A DNA stretch of 63,846 nt, the filler included, from Octopus bimaculoides (Eukaryota): the NCBI RefSeq assembly GCF_001194135.2. It is 6 parts of 5 records of this genome, joined end to end, with 100 filler letters (N's around TTAATTAATTAA, not from the genome) between each part and the next. Parts side by side here need not be neighbours in the genome. Positions count along the whole stretch, not along the records: positions 13,056 to 21,416 come from NC_069007.1; positions 21,517 to 50,634 come from NC_068987.1; 4 more parts are not named here. One strand, given 5' to 3'. Each line of letters begins with the position of its first letter. Position 1 is the first letter of the stretch. Below, one piece after another: positions 13,103 to 25,734 of this stretch. The notes beneath the pieces were generated by a model. That model made no database searches. It saw only the letters and a list, made by a program, of their open reading frames with translations, and was not told the DNA's origin. The translations under genes and the position numbers were made by a program.

Positions 13103-13344
13103 TAGAACAACAAAGCTATGAACTTGAATAAGGAACCGAAAACACGTATTTCCCGATGGAATGTAAAATATTTAGGCAGATGAAAGTAAACTTGAGTAAT
13201 ATTTTAAGGGCCTCGAAGCTCCAGGTTTCTATTGATCACTATAATTATAAGAAAAGGTTGAGCACTAAGATATATATGTATATATGTATGTATGTATATA
13301 TGTATATATATACATACACACTCACATGTATATGCATGTGTGTG

Positions 13345-13653
13345 TATTGTATAGTAAAACTGTACATTCTTCCCGGTAAAAAGTGGTAGGAACCAGCCAT
13401 TATAAATAGACTAGTAACCGGTCGTCAAGGGAGGGTCGAGAATCGAAGAGTTGAGGTTCGACAGTTCTAGCCGGTGCTTTGTGAAGCTATCAGCGGTAGT
13501 AAGACGGAAGAAGTCAGTATATTACAGTTCCGGCACGAAGCGATGCAACGGTATCCGATGACTTGTAACTATTGTGGCTACTAGGGTAAAACAGCAACTA
13601 CAGTACAACGGCAGTCACACATCACACCAGTGGGAGGAACCCACTCTACAACA
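13345..13653. mobile_element. Possible solo LTR
   Basis: About 310 bp of CpG-richer unique sequence with imperfect inverted ends (TATTGTATAGT / ACTCTACAACA) and an internal TATAAATA; no TSD found. Confidence 0.25.
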
Positions 13654-14566
13654 ATAAATACATCGTTCAGGCATTGCGATACTAATAACCTAGTGTAGAA
13701 CTCAATATAAAAATTGTTTGGGGTGGGTTAAACTATATCGACACACAGATTTGAAATTCTTCTGAATTCTTTTTTACCTCAGCATACATACATACATACA
13801 TACATGTTGAAATTCCAATGAAGGAGGCTTAGATCTAGGTTAGAAACCGTCTCTTTCTTTATTGGCAGGAAATCTTGAAATAAAGCAGAATAATGACATA
13901 CATACATACATATATACAGTGTGTTTATTAAAGATGTCATCGGAAGAGTGCGTAGGAAGTTAGATTATGGCAAAACTGGAAAGTAGGCGGTGTTAATTTT
14001 CGTTTAAAAATTTGCAATGTATAAACCACAAGTGAATGTATTTACATTTATAATAATTATTAAGCAATAAACTAGAAATAAACTGCTAAAATTTAAGGTT
14101 AATGCCAAGTAATTTCAGAAATATGTACAGGAAACAATATATTATAAAACAAAATAAAAACAGAGACGTAATAAACGGAGGTAGAAATGTTTGTAATGGT
14201 TAAACGGATAGAGATGAAAAACAAAACAGAGCGTTAGAGAAAATATATGTAGCCATATCTGACGTTATTAAATGAAAGATAGCATTTTGGAAATGTTAGT
14301 TGTAGGTGTCGGAAAACATCAAAGATATCAATAGAGTTCAATAAGAATAATCGATAATGATTTGGAAATACATTTTGGGGGTTTTTTGGGGGGTTTTTGT
14401 AACGAATGCCGTTTATATCTTTAGAATGATCGGTGAATTTTACGCTAGTTTTGTTGAGTTGGGTACGACTAACTTGAAGGAAGAGATAAGGGTTACATGC
14501 AGTTTGTGTTAGTGTTGTAACAAAGTGAAAGTAAATTGCGATAGGCATCGGAAGTGACTACCCTCA

Positions 14567-14605
<39 letters not shown>

Positions 14606-15522
14606 GTGCGTGTGCGTGCGTNNNNNNNNNNNNNNNNNNNNNNNNNNNNNNNNNNNNNNNNNNNNNNNNNNNNNNNNNNNNNNNNNNNNNNNNNNNNNNN
14701 NNNNNNNNNNNNNNNNNNNNNNNNNNNNNNNNNNNNNNNNNNNNNNNNNNNNNNNNNNNNNNNNNNNNNNNNNNNNNNNNNNNNNNNNNNNNNNNNNNNN
14801 NNNNNNNNNNNNNNNNNNNNNNNNNNNNNNNNNNNNNNNNNNNNNNNNNNNNNNNNNNNNNNNNNNNNNNNNNNNNNNNNNNNNNNNNNNNNNNNNNNNN
14901 NNNNNNNNNNNNNNNNNNNNNNNNNNNNNNNNNNNNNNNNNNNNNNNNNNNNNNNNNNNNNNNNNNNNNNNNNNNNNNNNNNNNNNNNNNNNNNNNNNNN
15001 NNNNNNNNNNNNNNNNNNNNNNNNNNNNNNNNNNNNNNNNNNNNNNNNNNNNNNNNNNNNNNNNNNNNNNNNNNNNNNNNNNNNNNNNNNNNNNNNNNNN
15101 NNNNNNNNNNNNNNNNNNNNNNNNNNNNNNNNNNNNNNNNNNNNNNNNNNNNNNNNNNNNNNNNNNNGTGTGTGTGTGCGTAGAGGATGGTGGTTTAGTG
15201 GTTAGAATGTTAGACTCATGATCGTAAGATTACGGTTTCGATTCCTGGACTGGACGATGCGTTGTGTTCTTGAGGTGTTACGTTCCGATATATATATATA
15301 TATATACATATATACACGCACACACATATATATGTGTATACATGTGTATACGTACGTTTACGCTTCATAGTAATTACGTATGTCTACACGTGTGTGTAAG
15401 CGTGTATAAAGGATTTAGACTAGATCGCCCGGTATTTGTCGAACGCAACACATTCCTGGCTACCTTAATCAACGCAGCTCACCAATCAGACTGCTTCACT
15501 GAAAGCAATCTTCAGTTAATCA

Positions 15523-15553
<31 letters not shown>

Positions 15554-15706
15554 CCTTGTCTGTCTGTCCACCCGTTTGTCTGTCTACTTTACATACATAC
15601 AACACATACACACACACACGTAAGACTAATGTATTTGTCAAAACTTGTACCTCTCGTGTTTTCTTTTGTTCATTACTTTCTTTATATATATACATACATA
15701 TATACT

Positions 15707-15741
<35 letters not shown>

Positions 15742-16799
15742 NNNNNNNNNNNNNNNNNNNNNNNNNNNNNNNNNNNNNNNNNNNNNNNNNNNNNNNNNNN
15801 NNNNNNNNNNNNNNNNNNNNNNNNNNNNNNNNNNNNNNNNNNNNNNNNNNNNNNNNNNNNNNNNNNNNNNNNNNNNNNNNNNNNNNNNNNNNNNNNNNNN
15901 NNNNNNNNNNNNNNNNNNNNNNNNNNNNNNNNNNNNNNNNNNNNNNNNNNNNNNNNNNNNNNNNNNNNNNNNNNNNNNNNNNNNNNNNNNNNNNNNNNNN
16001 NNNNNNNNNNNNNNNNNNNNNNNNNNNNNNNNNNNNNNNNNNNNNNNNNNNNNNNNNNNNNNNNNNNNNNNNNNNNNNNNNNNNNNNNNNNNNNNNNNNN
16101 NNNNNNNNNNNNNNNNNNNNNNNNNNNNNNNNNNNNNNNNNNNNNNNNNNNNNNNNNNNNNNNNNNNNNNNNNNNNNNNNNNNNNNNNNNNNNNNNNNNN
16201 NNNNNNNNNNNNNNNNNNNNNNNNNNNNNNNNNNNNNNNNNNNNNNNNNNNNNNNNNNNNNNNNNNNNNNNNNNNNNNNNNNNNNNNNNNNNNNNNNNNN
16301 NNNNNNNNNNNNNNNNNNNNNNNNNNNNNNNNNNNNNNNNNNNNNNNNNNNNNNNNNNNNNNNNNNNNNNNNNNNNNNNNNNNNNNNNNNNNNNAAAATT
16401 TGAAAAATACTAAACCGTCGTACTACACTTTGACAATTTTTATATCTTGGCATCTGAAGCAGCTGGAGATATGATAGTTTGACCAAAAGAACCGGCTATT
16501 GCAAGCGAAGTTAAATATTGGGAAAAAAAACGCATTTGGTTAAATTTGGACACACGACAGCTTAACATATGTATACGTATTTTTGTGCATGTATGTATAT
16601 GTGTATGTATGTATATGTCTATATAGATGTGTGTGTGTATGTATTTATTTGTGTATGTATGTATATGTGTATGTATATATATATATATACATATATGTGC
16701 GTACATATGTATGTATGTGTGCACATGTGTGTGTGTGTGTGTGTGTGCGTATATGTATGTATAGGTTTTTTTTTTTAGATATATTTTTATACTATGGAC

Positions 16800-16945
16800 T
16801 TAAGGTTTTTGTTTACCAAATCCACTCACAAGGCTTTGGCTATCGTAGAAGACACTTGCCCAAGGTGCCACGCAGTGATTCTGAACCCAGGAGCCATGTG
16901 GTTGAAAAGCAAGCTCCTTACCACACGCCCACGCCTGCGCCCACG
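16800..16945 (-). mobile_element. SINE family A, 5' head
   Basis: TACCAAATCCACTCACAAGGCTTTGG...CCAAGGTGCCACGCAGTG..ACCACACG. Confidence 0.75.
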
Positions 16946-17886
16946 TGCACTCATGGTCGACTACCAATCTCCAGCAAAATACCCTTACCCTGGAATATAC
17001 ATACATGTGCAAATGCATGGTCTGTCTGTGAGATACTCAGCCACTCATGTGTTAATTTAGTGAGCAGATAATTCACTTGAACAAATTACTAAATACTCAT
17101 CGTCGTAACAGCCGGAGAGCCATTCATATTATTTTATTTCGCGTGTGTACGATAAGCATATATAAAAGAAACGGTTCTATTAGCAATACACAAAGAAAGT
17201 CGCAAACGCCATCTTTAATACCAAACATATGGTATTTTAACAAGAATTTTTCCCCACCCAAAAGTGGAATCCTTGGAAGTTATTTAGAATTAATTGAGGT
17301 TTCGGAATTACCACAGATTATCAACGAGCTCGGTCGATTCTATAAAGTGAGTGTGTGAAAACGACTGAAAATGGATTAANNNNNNNNNNNNNNNNNNNNN
17401 NNNNNNNNNNNNNNNNNNNNNNNNNNNNNNNNNNNNNNNNNNNNNNNNNNNNNNNNNNNNNNNNNNNNNNNNNNNNNNNNNNNNNNNNNNNNNNNNNNNN
17501 NNNNNNNNNNNNNNNNNNNNNNNNNNNNNNNNNNNNNNNNNNNNNNNNNNNNNNNNNNNNNNNNNNNNNNNNNNNNNNNNNNNNNNNNNNNNNNNNNNNN
17601 NNNNNNNNNNNNNNNNNNNNNNNNNNNNNNNNNNNNNNNNNNNNNNNNNNNNNNNNNNNNNNNNNNNNNNNNNNNNNNNNNNNNNNNNNNNNNNNNNNNN
17701 NNNNNNNNNNNNNNNNNNNNNNNNNNNNNNNNNNNNNNNNNNNNNNNNNNNNNNNNNNNNNNNNNNNNNNNNNNNNNNNNNNNNNNNNNNNNNNNNNNNN
17801 NNNNNNNNNNNNNNNNNNNNNNNNNNNNNNNNNNNNNNNNNNNNNNNNNNNNNNNNNNNNNNNNNNNNNNNNNNNNNNNNNNNNNN

Positions 17887-17917
<31 letters not shown>

Positions 17918-18033
17918 TATATGCGCGCGTATGAGCGTGTATGTGTGTTCAGGCCCGTGTGTATGTATGTATGTATATATGCATTTATGTATATACGCAT
18001 ATGTATAAACAATAAATACATTTTCTCTTACAG

Positions 18034-18107
18034 TTCGGCCCATAACTCAGTATATATATATCACAATCAAGACAAAGATAAACCTGCGAAAATTCCAAAT
18101 CCACAAG
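18034..18107 (+). CDS. Candidate small coding exon of an unidentified gene
   Basis: Strong acceptor ttttctcttacag| and donor CAAG|GTAAGT; 74 nt, open frame SAHNSVYIYHNQDKDKPAKIPNPQ; no recognisable homology. Confidence 0.4.
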
Positions 18108-19535
18108 GTAAGTGCTGCTATGGATTAACTATATCATAAGTATGAATTATCCCGGGTACGCCTTCTGCATTAAAAAGAAGCAGTTAAGGGAAAGTAAACG
18201 TACATTATGGAGTATACTAGACATTGTTTTATAATTAAGTATATTCACCGCCGTGAAGTTGACATGGAAAATATTAGTAATCAAATAAATATTAGTAATT
18301 GAATTAGTAATTAAATTAACAAGGTGAACTCACAGATTCCATGTATGATAACATCAGGTAGTCAATAACCGTGGATGAGCTTTGCACAGCATTCTACAAT
18401 GGGGTATTTTTTCCGGAATCTTATTTAACTTGTGTGTGTGTCTGTGTGTGAGCGCCTGCGTGCCCGTACATGGGACGCGTGGATTTGCGATTAAGGCGTT
18501 ACACTCGTGCTTATAAGACTGTGGTTTCGATTCTTGGACCAGGCAATGCGTATATATATATATATATATATATATATTATGGAGTACNNNNNNNNNNNNN
18601 NNNNNNNNNNNNNNNNNNNNNNNNNNNNNNNNNNNNNNNNNNNNNNNNNNNNNNNNNNNNNNNNNNNNNNNNNNNNNNNNNNNNNNNNNNNNNNNNNNNN
18701 NNNNNNNNNNNNNNNNNNNNNNNNNNNNNNNNNNNNNNNNNNNNNNNNNNNNNNNNNNNNNNNNNNNNNNNNNNNNNNNNNNNNNNNNNNNNNNNNNNNN
18801 NNNNNNNNNNNNNNNNNNNNNNNNNNNNNNNNNNNNNNNNNNNNNNNNNNNNNNNNNNNNNNNNNNNNNNNNNNNNNNNNNNNNNNNNNNNNNNNNNNNN
18901 NNNNNNNNNNNNNNNNNNNNNNNNNNNNNNNNNNNNNNNNNNNNNNNTGTATGTATATTCTGTTGTTGAATTAATTGAATTTGAAACCTCCCGTCTACAC
19001 AATATACCTCGGTAGCACTTGAAAATGATATGATGGATATTTCCGTTATGGAAACTGAACGAACGGCATGTGACGTTTATAGTTGCTTAATATGAGTTTA
19101 GAAGTTCTTCGCGGTTCATCTGTCAGATGTTGTTGGAATCTTCGCCCTGACGCTTACATCTTAATAGCTTATGAGGGCAACGGGACATTACAGACTTCCG
19201 TGAATGTATAACTGTATGCGCGTGTATATGTAATACGTACATATACCATTGCATGTATGTACATATACACACTCACAGACATATATTTATATATGTATAT
19301 GTATGCATATATCTNNNNNNNNNNNNNNNNNNNNNNNNNNNNNNNNNNNNNNNNNNNNNNNNNNNNNNNNNNNNNNNNNNNNNNNNNNNNNNNNNNNNNN
19401 NNNNNNNNNNNNNNCACACACACACACACACACACGCACGCACGCACACTTTTAATTGTTTTAGTCTTCGTACGGCTGCCATGCTAGAAAAAATTGTTTA
19501 CCTTTAATAAATATCACGTGTGTGTGTGTGTCTAA

Positions 19536-19588
19536 GTATGTATGTATGTATGTATGTATGTATGTATGTATGTATGTATGTATGTATG

Positions 19589-19625
<37 letters not shown>
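19536..19625. repeat. Compound (GTAT)n(CTAT)n tetranucleotide microsatellite
   Basis: Directly visible. Confidence 0.95.
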
Positions 19626-20541
19626 GATTGTCTCTTTCTCTTTGTATCTACCTGCCTATCTTTCTAGCTATCTAAAGTGTACAATTGCGTAATTTATTCA
19701 TTCTCTACATTTCGGATAAAATACCTACCAACCGAAGTAAAAAGTAGTTTCAGAAATATCAAAAATATGAGTTACATCAATGGCTTATAGTTCGTTGCTA
19801 CGGTGATAGCAACCGTATGTTATTTATCAAAAGTTTAAAATAACTTCAAATTTAACGTTTCGAATTACCTCGCTTTTCATTTATAACACTTCAGACGAAA
19901 GTTGAAATGTGTAAATATATCCATTAAGTTCTCAGATAAATTCATTCGTTTCTTTCCAGTGTAATTTGAATTTAGACGAAAAATATTTTTATAGTTGTTT
20001 GCAACTCTATTCTCTTTCTAAAATTTTTGTTTATCATTTTTGAAATGTGAATAAATTTTACTTCTTTTTCAGACATATGACGATGGAGTTAGAAGTAGAA
20101 AAATGAGCACTTCTGACACCTGATTCTCTTCGCTTTCAATCAAGTTTCCAACACTGTCATAACCGTTTGAGATATTTTTTTCTGCGTACAGAGAAATTGT
20201 TGTTACAGAAAGAACTGCACAAAAATAGTTTTTCATGCTTCAAGAAGAGGAAAAACCAGCTTTACGGTTTCTCTGCGTTCCGGCTTACCACTTCAGCTCA
20301 TTGAGGGCGGATTTAACGAGCTCAGCCACGAGGATCCACCCAACCACAAGAGAATAGACCCAGCAGCGGGGATGCTTTCATGATCCATTGTCCATCTCCT
20401 TCGCTCGATGGCCAAAGTCCAAAATATAAAATAAATGAAAAAAAAAAAAAAGAAAGAAGAAGAACGAATTTATTTGATAACTCTAAATAAACTATCTTTT
20501 ATTTGATTTTAGTCTCAAATATTTCTTTAAACAAACCCATA

Positions 20542-20768
20542 TATGGAGGTCGGGGGACTGAGAAGTTCCTGGCTTTAACGGTATCTTGAAAGATCTGGCT
20601 GGAGGCTCAACCTTCTGAATTCTTTTTACAGGGCTTAGAAAAATTGAAGGACCGCTGCAATAAGTGTGTGAATCTGAGAGGGAAACATACTGAATACGAT
20701 CATAATTAACTGATCCCCCTGTATGTTCTTTTACCCAAAGCCAGGAACTTTTCAGCACCCCCCTCGTA
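20542..20768 (+). mobile_element. Mariner-derived MITE / internally deleted mariner
   Basis: Imperfect TIRs (GGGGGACTGAGAAGTTCCTGGCTTT vs AAAGCCAGGAACTTTTCAGCACCCCC...CGTA) with TA ends; internal SEFFLQGLEKLKDRCNKCVNLRGKHTEY resembles the mariner transposase C-terminus. Confidence 0.8.
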
Positions 20769-20792
20769 CCTACAACATTATATTAACATTTT

Positions 20793-21198
20793 CACTCTTT
20801 TACTCTTTTACTTGTTTCAGTCATTTGATTGCGGCCATGCTGGAGCACCGCCTTTTAGTCGAGCAAATCGAACCCAGGACTTATTCTTTGTAAGCCTAGT
20901 ACTTATTCTATCGGTACTCTTTTGCCGAACCGCTAAGTTACGGGGACATAAACACACCACCATGGGTTGTCAAGCGATGTTGCGGGGACAACACAAACAC
21001 ACAAACACACAAACATACACACATACATATACATATATACGACGGGCTTCTATCAGTTTCCGTCTACCAAATCCACTCACAAGGTCGGCCCGAGGCTATA
21101 CTAGACGACACATGCCCAAGGTGCCACGCAGTGGGAATGAACCCGGAACCATGTGGTTTGGTAAGCAAGCTACTTACCACACAGCCACTCCTGCGCCT
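20793..21198 (-). mobile_element. SINE family A, full length, CpGs intact
   Basis: Full reverse-complement match, from TACTCTTTTACTTGTTTCAGTC to CCACTCCTGCGCCT. Confidence 0.9.
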
Positions 21199-21416
21199 AT
21201 CAACATCTAAAATATTATTCCTTTATTATCTTAATTTACGCTTCAAAACTTACATTTTATGCCTGCCTGGATTATCAGAGGCTTCAAAGTAATATTTTCT
21301 ACTTTATTTTAAGTCAGTACAAATCAAAACTTACGTCTTATTTCTTATCTACCATTTTCTCTTTGATTTTATTTTCTATCTGAAATACAAAATTTATACT
21401 TAAGAAATTCCCTTCG

Positions 21417-21516
21417 NNNNNNNNNNNNNNNNNNNNNNNNNNNNNNNNNNNNNNNNNNNNTTAATTAATTAANNNNNNNNNNNNNNNNNNNNNNNNNNNN
21501 NNNNNNNNNNNNNNNN
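21417..21516. other. Artificial scaffold linker
   Basis: 44 N + TTAATTAATTAA (21461-21472) + 44 N. Confidence 0.95.
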
Positions 21517-22254
21517 TATATGGGGAACAGGTTTTCTTTCATGCATCTTTCATTTAATGCACGTCAATGTTTAAATTTACTTTATGGTTTTCATATATTC
21601 TTACTAGCTTAGCTTCTAACTGTTGGTTTATAACAATAAAGTTTCTAAATCCATATCCGACGCGTCCAAATATTCATTTTTATTTTCAATGATTAAATAT
21701 ATTTGGCGTTTGTATTGTTTCTTATATAATGGTTGGATTAGTAGCGTATGTGCATGTCTTTCAGTTAGTTCCAGTCCCAGCTCCTGCCACCACAACCACA
21801 AGGACGACTACGATGACCACCACCACTGTACAACTGGTGTTGGCTTGTTTATGTCACCGTAACTAAGCAGTTCGGCAAAGAAGACTTATAAAATAAGTTC
21901 TGAAGTCTATTTGTTCTACTTAAGCCTTGAGTGAAACAAGTAAACGAGAATAAAAGTGACTGTGCTGATGTAAAATTATATCACCTTAACTCTGATCTGG
22001 ATGCGCGTAACAATAATTTACGATTTGTGTAGCTCGTTTCATTTAACATATTCCGCCCATTAAATGCATGCAATGCTCTTCATATTTATTGTATTTATTT
22101 TGTGTTAATATAAAAACTACACTTTATTTTCATATGGACAATATTTGCTCTAACGTGTCTAAAATATGGAAGCAATGTAAAAAATAAATAATTCTCTAAG
22201 CAACGTGTCAAACAAAAACGTCACTTCCTATCACGCATTAGCAACTGAATCAAT

Positions 22255-22505
22255 GAGTCTCCATGTGGTCATTTCATGTTAGAAATGGCAGCCAAATCTC
22301 TCATCCATATCACACCCTACTGTATTAAAGAAATATTCTAGCAGTGACCATGCCGTTTTGATGTCGGTACAGAGGATTGTATTATGTAATATCTTCTTGT
22401 AATCTAATACATTATTTTTTTAAAAAAGAAAACGTGGTAAGATTTCAAGGAGATTTGGCTGTTATTTCTAGCAAGCAGAAACGAAGTCGCAGAGATACCT
22501 TTGTT
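22255..22505. mobile_element. MITE-like element with inverted arms upstream of ISYNA1
   Basis: GTTAGAAATGGCAGCCAAATCTC (~22278) is mirrored by GAGATTTGGCTGTTATTTCTAGC (~22450); single arms of the same family occur at ~2735-2800, ~26170-26231 and ~43845-43890. Confidence 0.6.
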
Positions 22506-22971
22506 TTATCTGCTAAAAATAGCAGCTTTAAAATCACAATTAAATGAATTAGAGAACGAAGGACTCATTATATAATGTCGGTTAATGTAGTATGCCTGGA
22601 AAAAGACAGGATGATAATGGCTGGAACGGAAAGCAGGCTTTAGTTTATTTTGACCTCTCAGTCAAACCCTTCTTAATCAGGGTGGAAGTAAATTAAAAAT
22701 CCACAACAGAAAGTAAGAGAGATAAAAAAAAACAACAAACAATGGATAAGTAAATAGATAAATAAGTAGATATATGATTAAATAAAAAAAAACAAAACAA
22801 TTAAATAAATAATAACAACACGAAATAAGTACTACTGATAAAGTCAAGGAAAAATACTAGAGAAGAAAAGGATTGTCTGCATAATTAATAGACACGCCAC
22901 TGAAAACATTTTCTCTTCCCTCTTCTGCAAATTAAAAAATTTCTTCTATACTTATATCTGAAAAGAACATC

Positions 22972-22982
22972 TGGAAAATTAT
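22972..22982 (+). promoter_or_regulatory. TonE/ORE-like (NFAT5) motif TGGAAAATTAT upstream of ISYNA1
   Basis: Exact match to TGGAAANNYNY about 90 bp upstream of the TATA box; a short motif, so a chance match is possible. Confidence 0.3.
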
Positions 22983-23070
22983 TTCCCAAAATTCCATTCT
23001 ACCTCTGTGATACAGTATTATAAATAAAAGAAATAAGTAAATCAATAACAAAATAGCAAGCACTGATCAC

Positions 23071-23078
23071 TATATAAA
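23071..23078 (+). promoter_or_regulatory. Putative TATA box of ISYNA1
   Basis: TATATAAA 160 bp upstream of the ATG, with a TCAGC initiator-like motif about 35 bp downstream, in a CpG-retaining region. Confidence 0.5.
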
Positions 23079-23230
23079 TTTGCTGCTGAAGCCAACCGGC
23101 AGCAGATTCAGCAACAGCAGAATCAGAAGCAACTACTTTTACCCTGAGGATTATTCTTACCTATCTCGATATTATAACGTATCGTGTTGTGGTGTTTGTC
23201 AGCCGGTAAAACGTCAAACATTATCGCACC

Positions 23231-23356
23231 ATGTCTGCCAAGCTTTTGAAAGTTAAATCTCCCAATGTCAAATATACAGATGAATATATTGAAGCAGAAT
23301 ATGATTATTCGACCACAAAAGTTACTGATGATGGGGATTTTCTCATCGCCGAACCA
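23231..23356 (+). CDS. ISYNA1: Myo-inositol-1-phosphate synthase, coding exon 1 (MSAKLLKVKSPNVKYTDEYIEAEYDYSTTKVTDDGDFLIAEP)
   Basis: ATG in gcaccATG context; 126 nt = 42 codons; typical MIPS N-terminus (V.SPNVKYT...I...Y.Y.TT.V); donor CCA|GTACGT, phase 0, splices in frame to exon 2. Not listed in the ORF track. Confidence 0.9.
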
Positions 23357-23857
23357 GTACGTGTCAAAAAAACGAATTTAACAAATTTTATCACCTGATG
23401 TTCATTAATACTTTTATTAGAGTGTATATATTAAATGTGTATAAATAACATGCATGTACATTTCCATATAAATAAATACGTATATGTACATACAAACGGC
23501 ACACATGTTCATATTTGCTTATATAGATCTATATCTATATACATATATGTATGTATGTGTATATATAGACGCACGCATATAGCTGTTTCCAATTTATTAT
23601 TTTCATAAAGCAATGAATATAAATGAAGATAGTGCCTAAATCAACATTAAATTCCATATTTCTATCGTTACATGCATCATTTTATGTTTGTGCATGTAAT
23701 ATATTTGTGTATATATTAACGCGTGTGTGTGCGCGCGCGCATGTATGTGTATGTATATAATTCTCCGTTGAAATTCAGAATATATCTGATATCACCTTGT
23801 ATTCATTGTTGTTCATTTGTTTTCTGTTTGCTTTTTCTTTTTCAATTTTCTCTTCAG

Positions 23858-24143
23858 GTAACAACTAAATACACTTTTCGAACCGAGAGGAAAGTTCCTC
23901 GTCTTGGTGTGATGCTGGTGGGCATCGGAGGCAACAATGGTTCCACCTTGGCGGCAACGTTGATAGCAAATAAATGCGGGATGAAATGGCCAACTAAGAA
24001 AGGGATACAAGAAGCCAACTTTTATGGATCAATCACCCAATCTAGTACAGTATGTCTGGGGAACAGTCCTAGAGGAGAAGAAGTTTTTGTACCTTTAAAT
24101 TATCTACTACCCATGGTAAAACCCGAGAATATCATTTTGGATG
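23858..24143 (+). CDS. ISYNA1: Myo-inositol-1-phosphate synthase, coding exon 2 (NAD-binding Rossmann motif)
   Basis: Acceptor ttttctcttcag|; encodes VTTKYTFRTERKVPRLGVMLVGIGGNNGSTL...ANFYGSITQSSTVCLG...LLPMVKPENIILD; donor G|GTGAGT, phase 1 (286 nt). Confidence 0.97.
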
Positions 24144-24879
24144 GTGAGTGCCTTAGCGCTGCTTTGATGTCTGTTCTAACCACACTTCGATTAGTGATCG
24201 GCTTTGTTTAGCTGGTTTGTATTTTGTCTAGAAATGGAGATTTTAAATTGAGTTATTCTTGAATTGTTTACATTCTTCACTTTCGGAACTGCTATTCATT
24301 TTCTTCTGGTACACTGATTCCAAGTTTCTGGAATTTTCTATCGTACATTGATTGATCAGTCTCTCAGTCAGTCAGAATATTTTCTTTTTTATTCGGAAAA
24401 TATCCATGCATATCATATCTTTTCTCTTTCTAGATTATGGTTTAAATTGTTACATATCTAAGAATTTATTTATTCTCGTTCTATTATCAGATTCCAGACA
24501 ATTTCCTAAGAATTAATAGCATACCTACCGATGTGTGCTGCCTCCAAATATCGGAATTAGTTGTGAAAATTTGTTTTGGAGTTTCGGAGTTTCGGAAAAT
24601 TCATGCACTACCACTTCGTTTCCTCGTAACTTGCTGAAAATTTAAAAAAATTCTTTCTTGAAATTTTCAGCTAATACATTTCGGATAATGTAGATTAGGA
24701 TTATCTCAGAATTTGATGTTGTAAAAGAAATTGTAGGATCGGATAATTCATACACCTTAATTTTGTTTTCTCATAAATTTTGATGAATTATGATCCTCCC
24801 CAACAAAATTTTTTCACATCAAATTCCAATTTAATCATAATCCACATCTGAAACGTATCTATGTTTCTTTTATTGTTTC

Positions 24880-25193
24880 AGTCATTGGACTGCGGCCATG
24901 CTGGGGCATTACCTCGAAGAATTTTGGTCGAACGAATCGACCCCAGTATTTTCTTTTTAAGCCTGGTACTTATTCTCTCCGTTCTCTTTTCCCGAATCAC
25001 TAATGTTACGGGAACGTGGGCACAACGACACTGGTTGTCAAGCGGTTTTCCTCTATCAAATCCACTCACAAGGCTTTGGCTGACAACCCGAGACAATAGT
25101 AGAAGACACTTGCACAAAATGTCACGCAGTGGGACTGAACCCGGAACCGCGTAGGTCGGAAGTAAACTCCTTACCACATAACCACGCCTGCGA
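24880..25193 (-). mobile_element. SINE family A, internally deleted, in ISYNA1 intron 2
   Basis: TTGTTTCAGTCATTGGACTGCGGCC...GGGACTGAACCCGGAACC. Confidence 0.8.
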
Positions 25194-25734
25194 CTATTGT
25201 AGAAAAATTCAATAAAAGAATATCCGTTTTTCAGACTTAAAAGAAAAGAAAAATGTCGAGAGGTGGGAATTATGCGAAACGTCATCCCTCCCTCCAATTT
25301 TCTTTTTCACACCAAATTCCGACATAATCGTTATTACTTGTAGAAAATTTTATTAAAAACAATATGCATTTTTCATAAAGTTTTGAAGTGACGAAGTCGT
25401 GGGTGGGCACACATCTGTAGTTTTATCGAATTGTTCTTCGTTAACCCTTTGCACTCTGGAATTTTCCATTTCTTCTAATCACGGTTTTAGGGATATATGA
25501 AGCATTTTCTAGAATGAATTGTTATTGTTTTTATTATTTTGACTGGGTTTTAGGCTTCTATCTGACTATTTTGATATTTTGCATTTCTCTTTGGTTTTCT
25601 TGACTTGGTTGTGAGATTATGAAGTTCCAAAGACCCTGCGCATGGCCTTTGCTGGTCCTTTCCTGATACCTTTTAGAATTCAAAGCATTTCTTTATTTTG
25701 TGTAAGATTTTCGGTAAGCTTTTTTTTTTTAGTT

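Noticed and set aside
5748-19507. Long ORFs in the track that span N gaps or microsatellites (poly-X, YIYI, CVCV, poly-M/H/D/N/L)
   Set aside because: Artifacts of translating gaps and simple repeats.
23723-23857. ORF-track start upstream of ISYNA1 exon 2 (MCVRARMY...)
   Set aside because: Intronic read-through; the real upstream exon is 23231-23356 with canonical splice sites.
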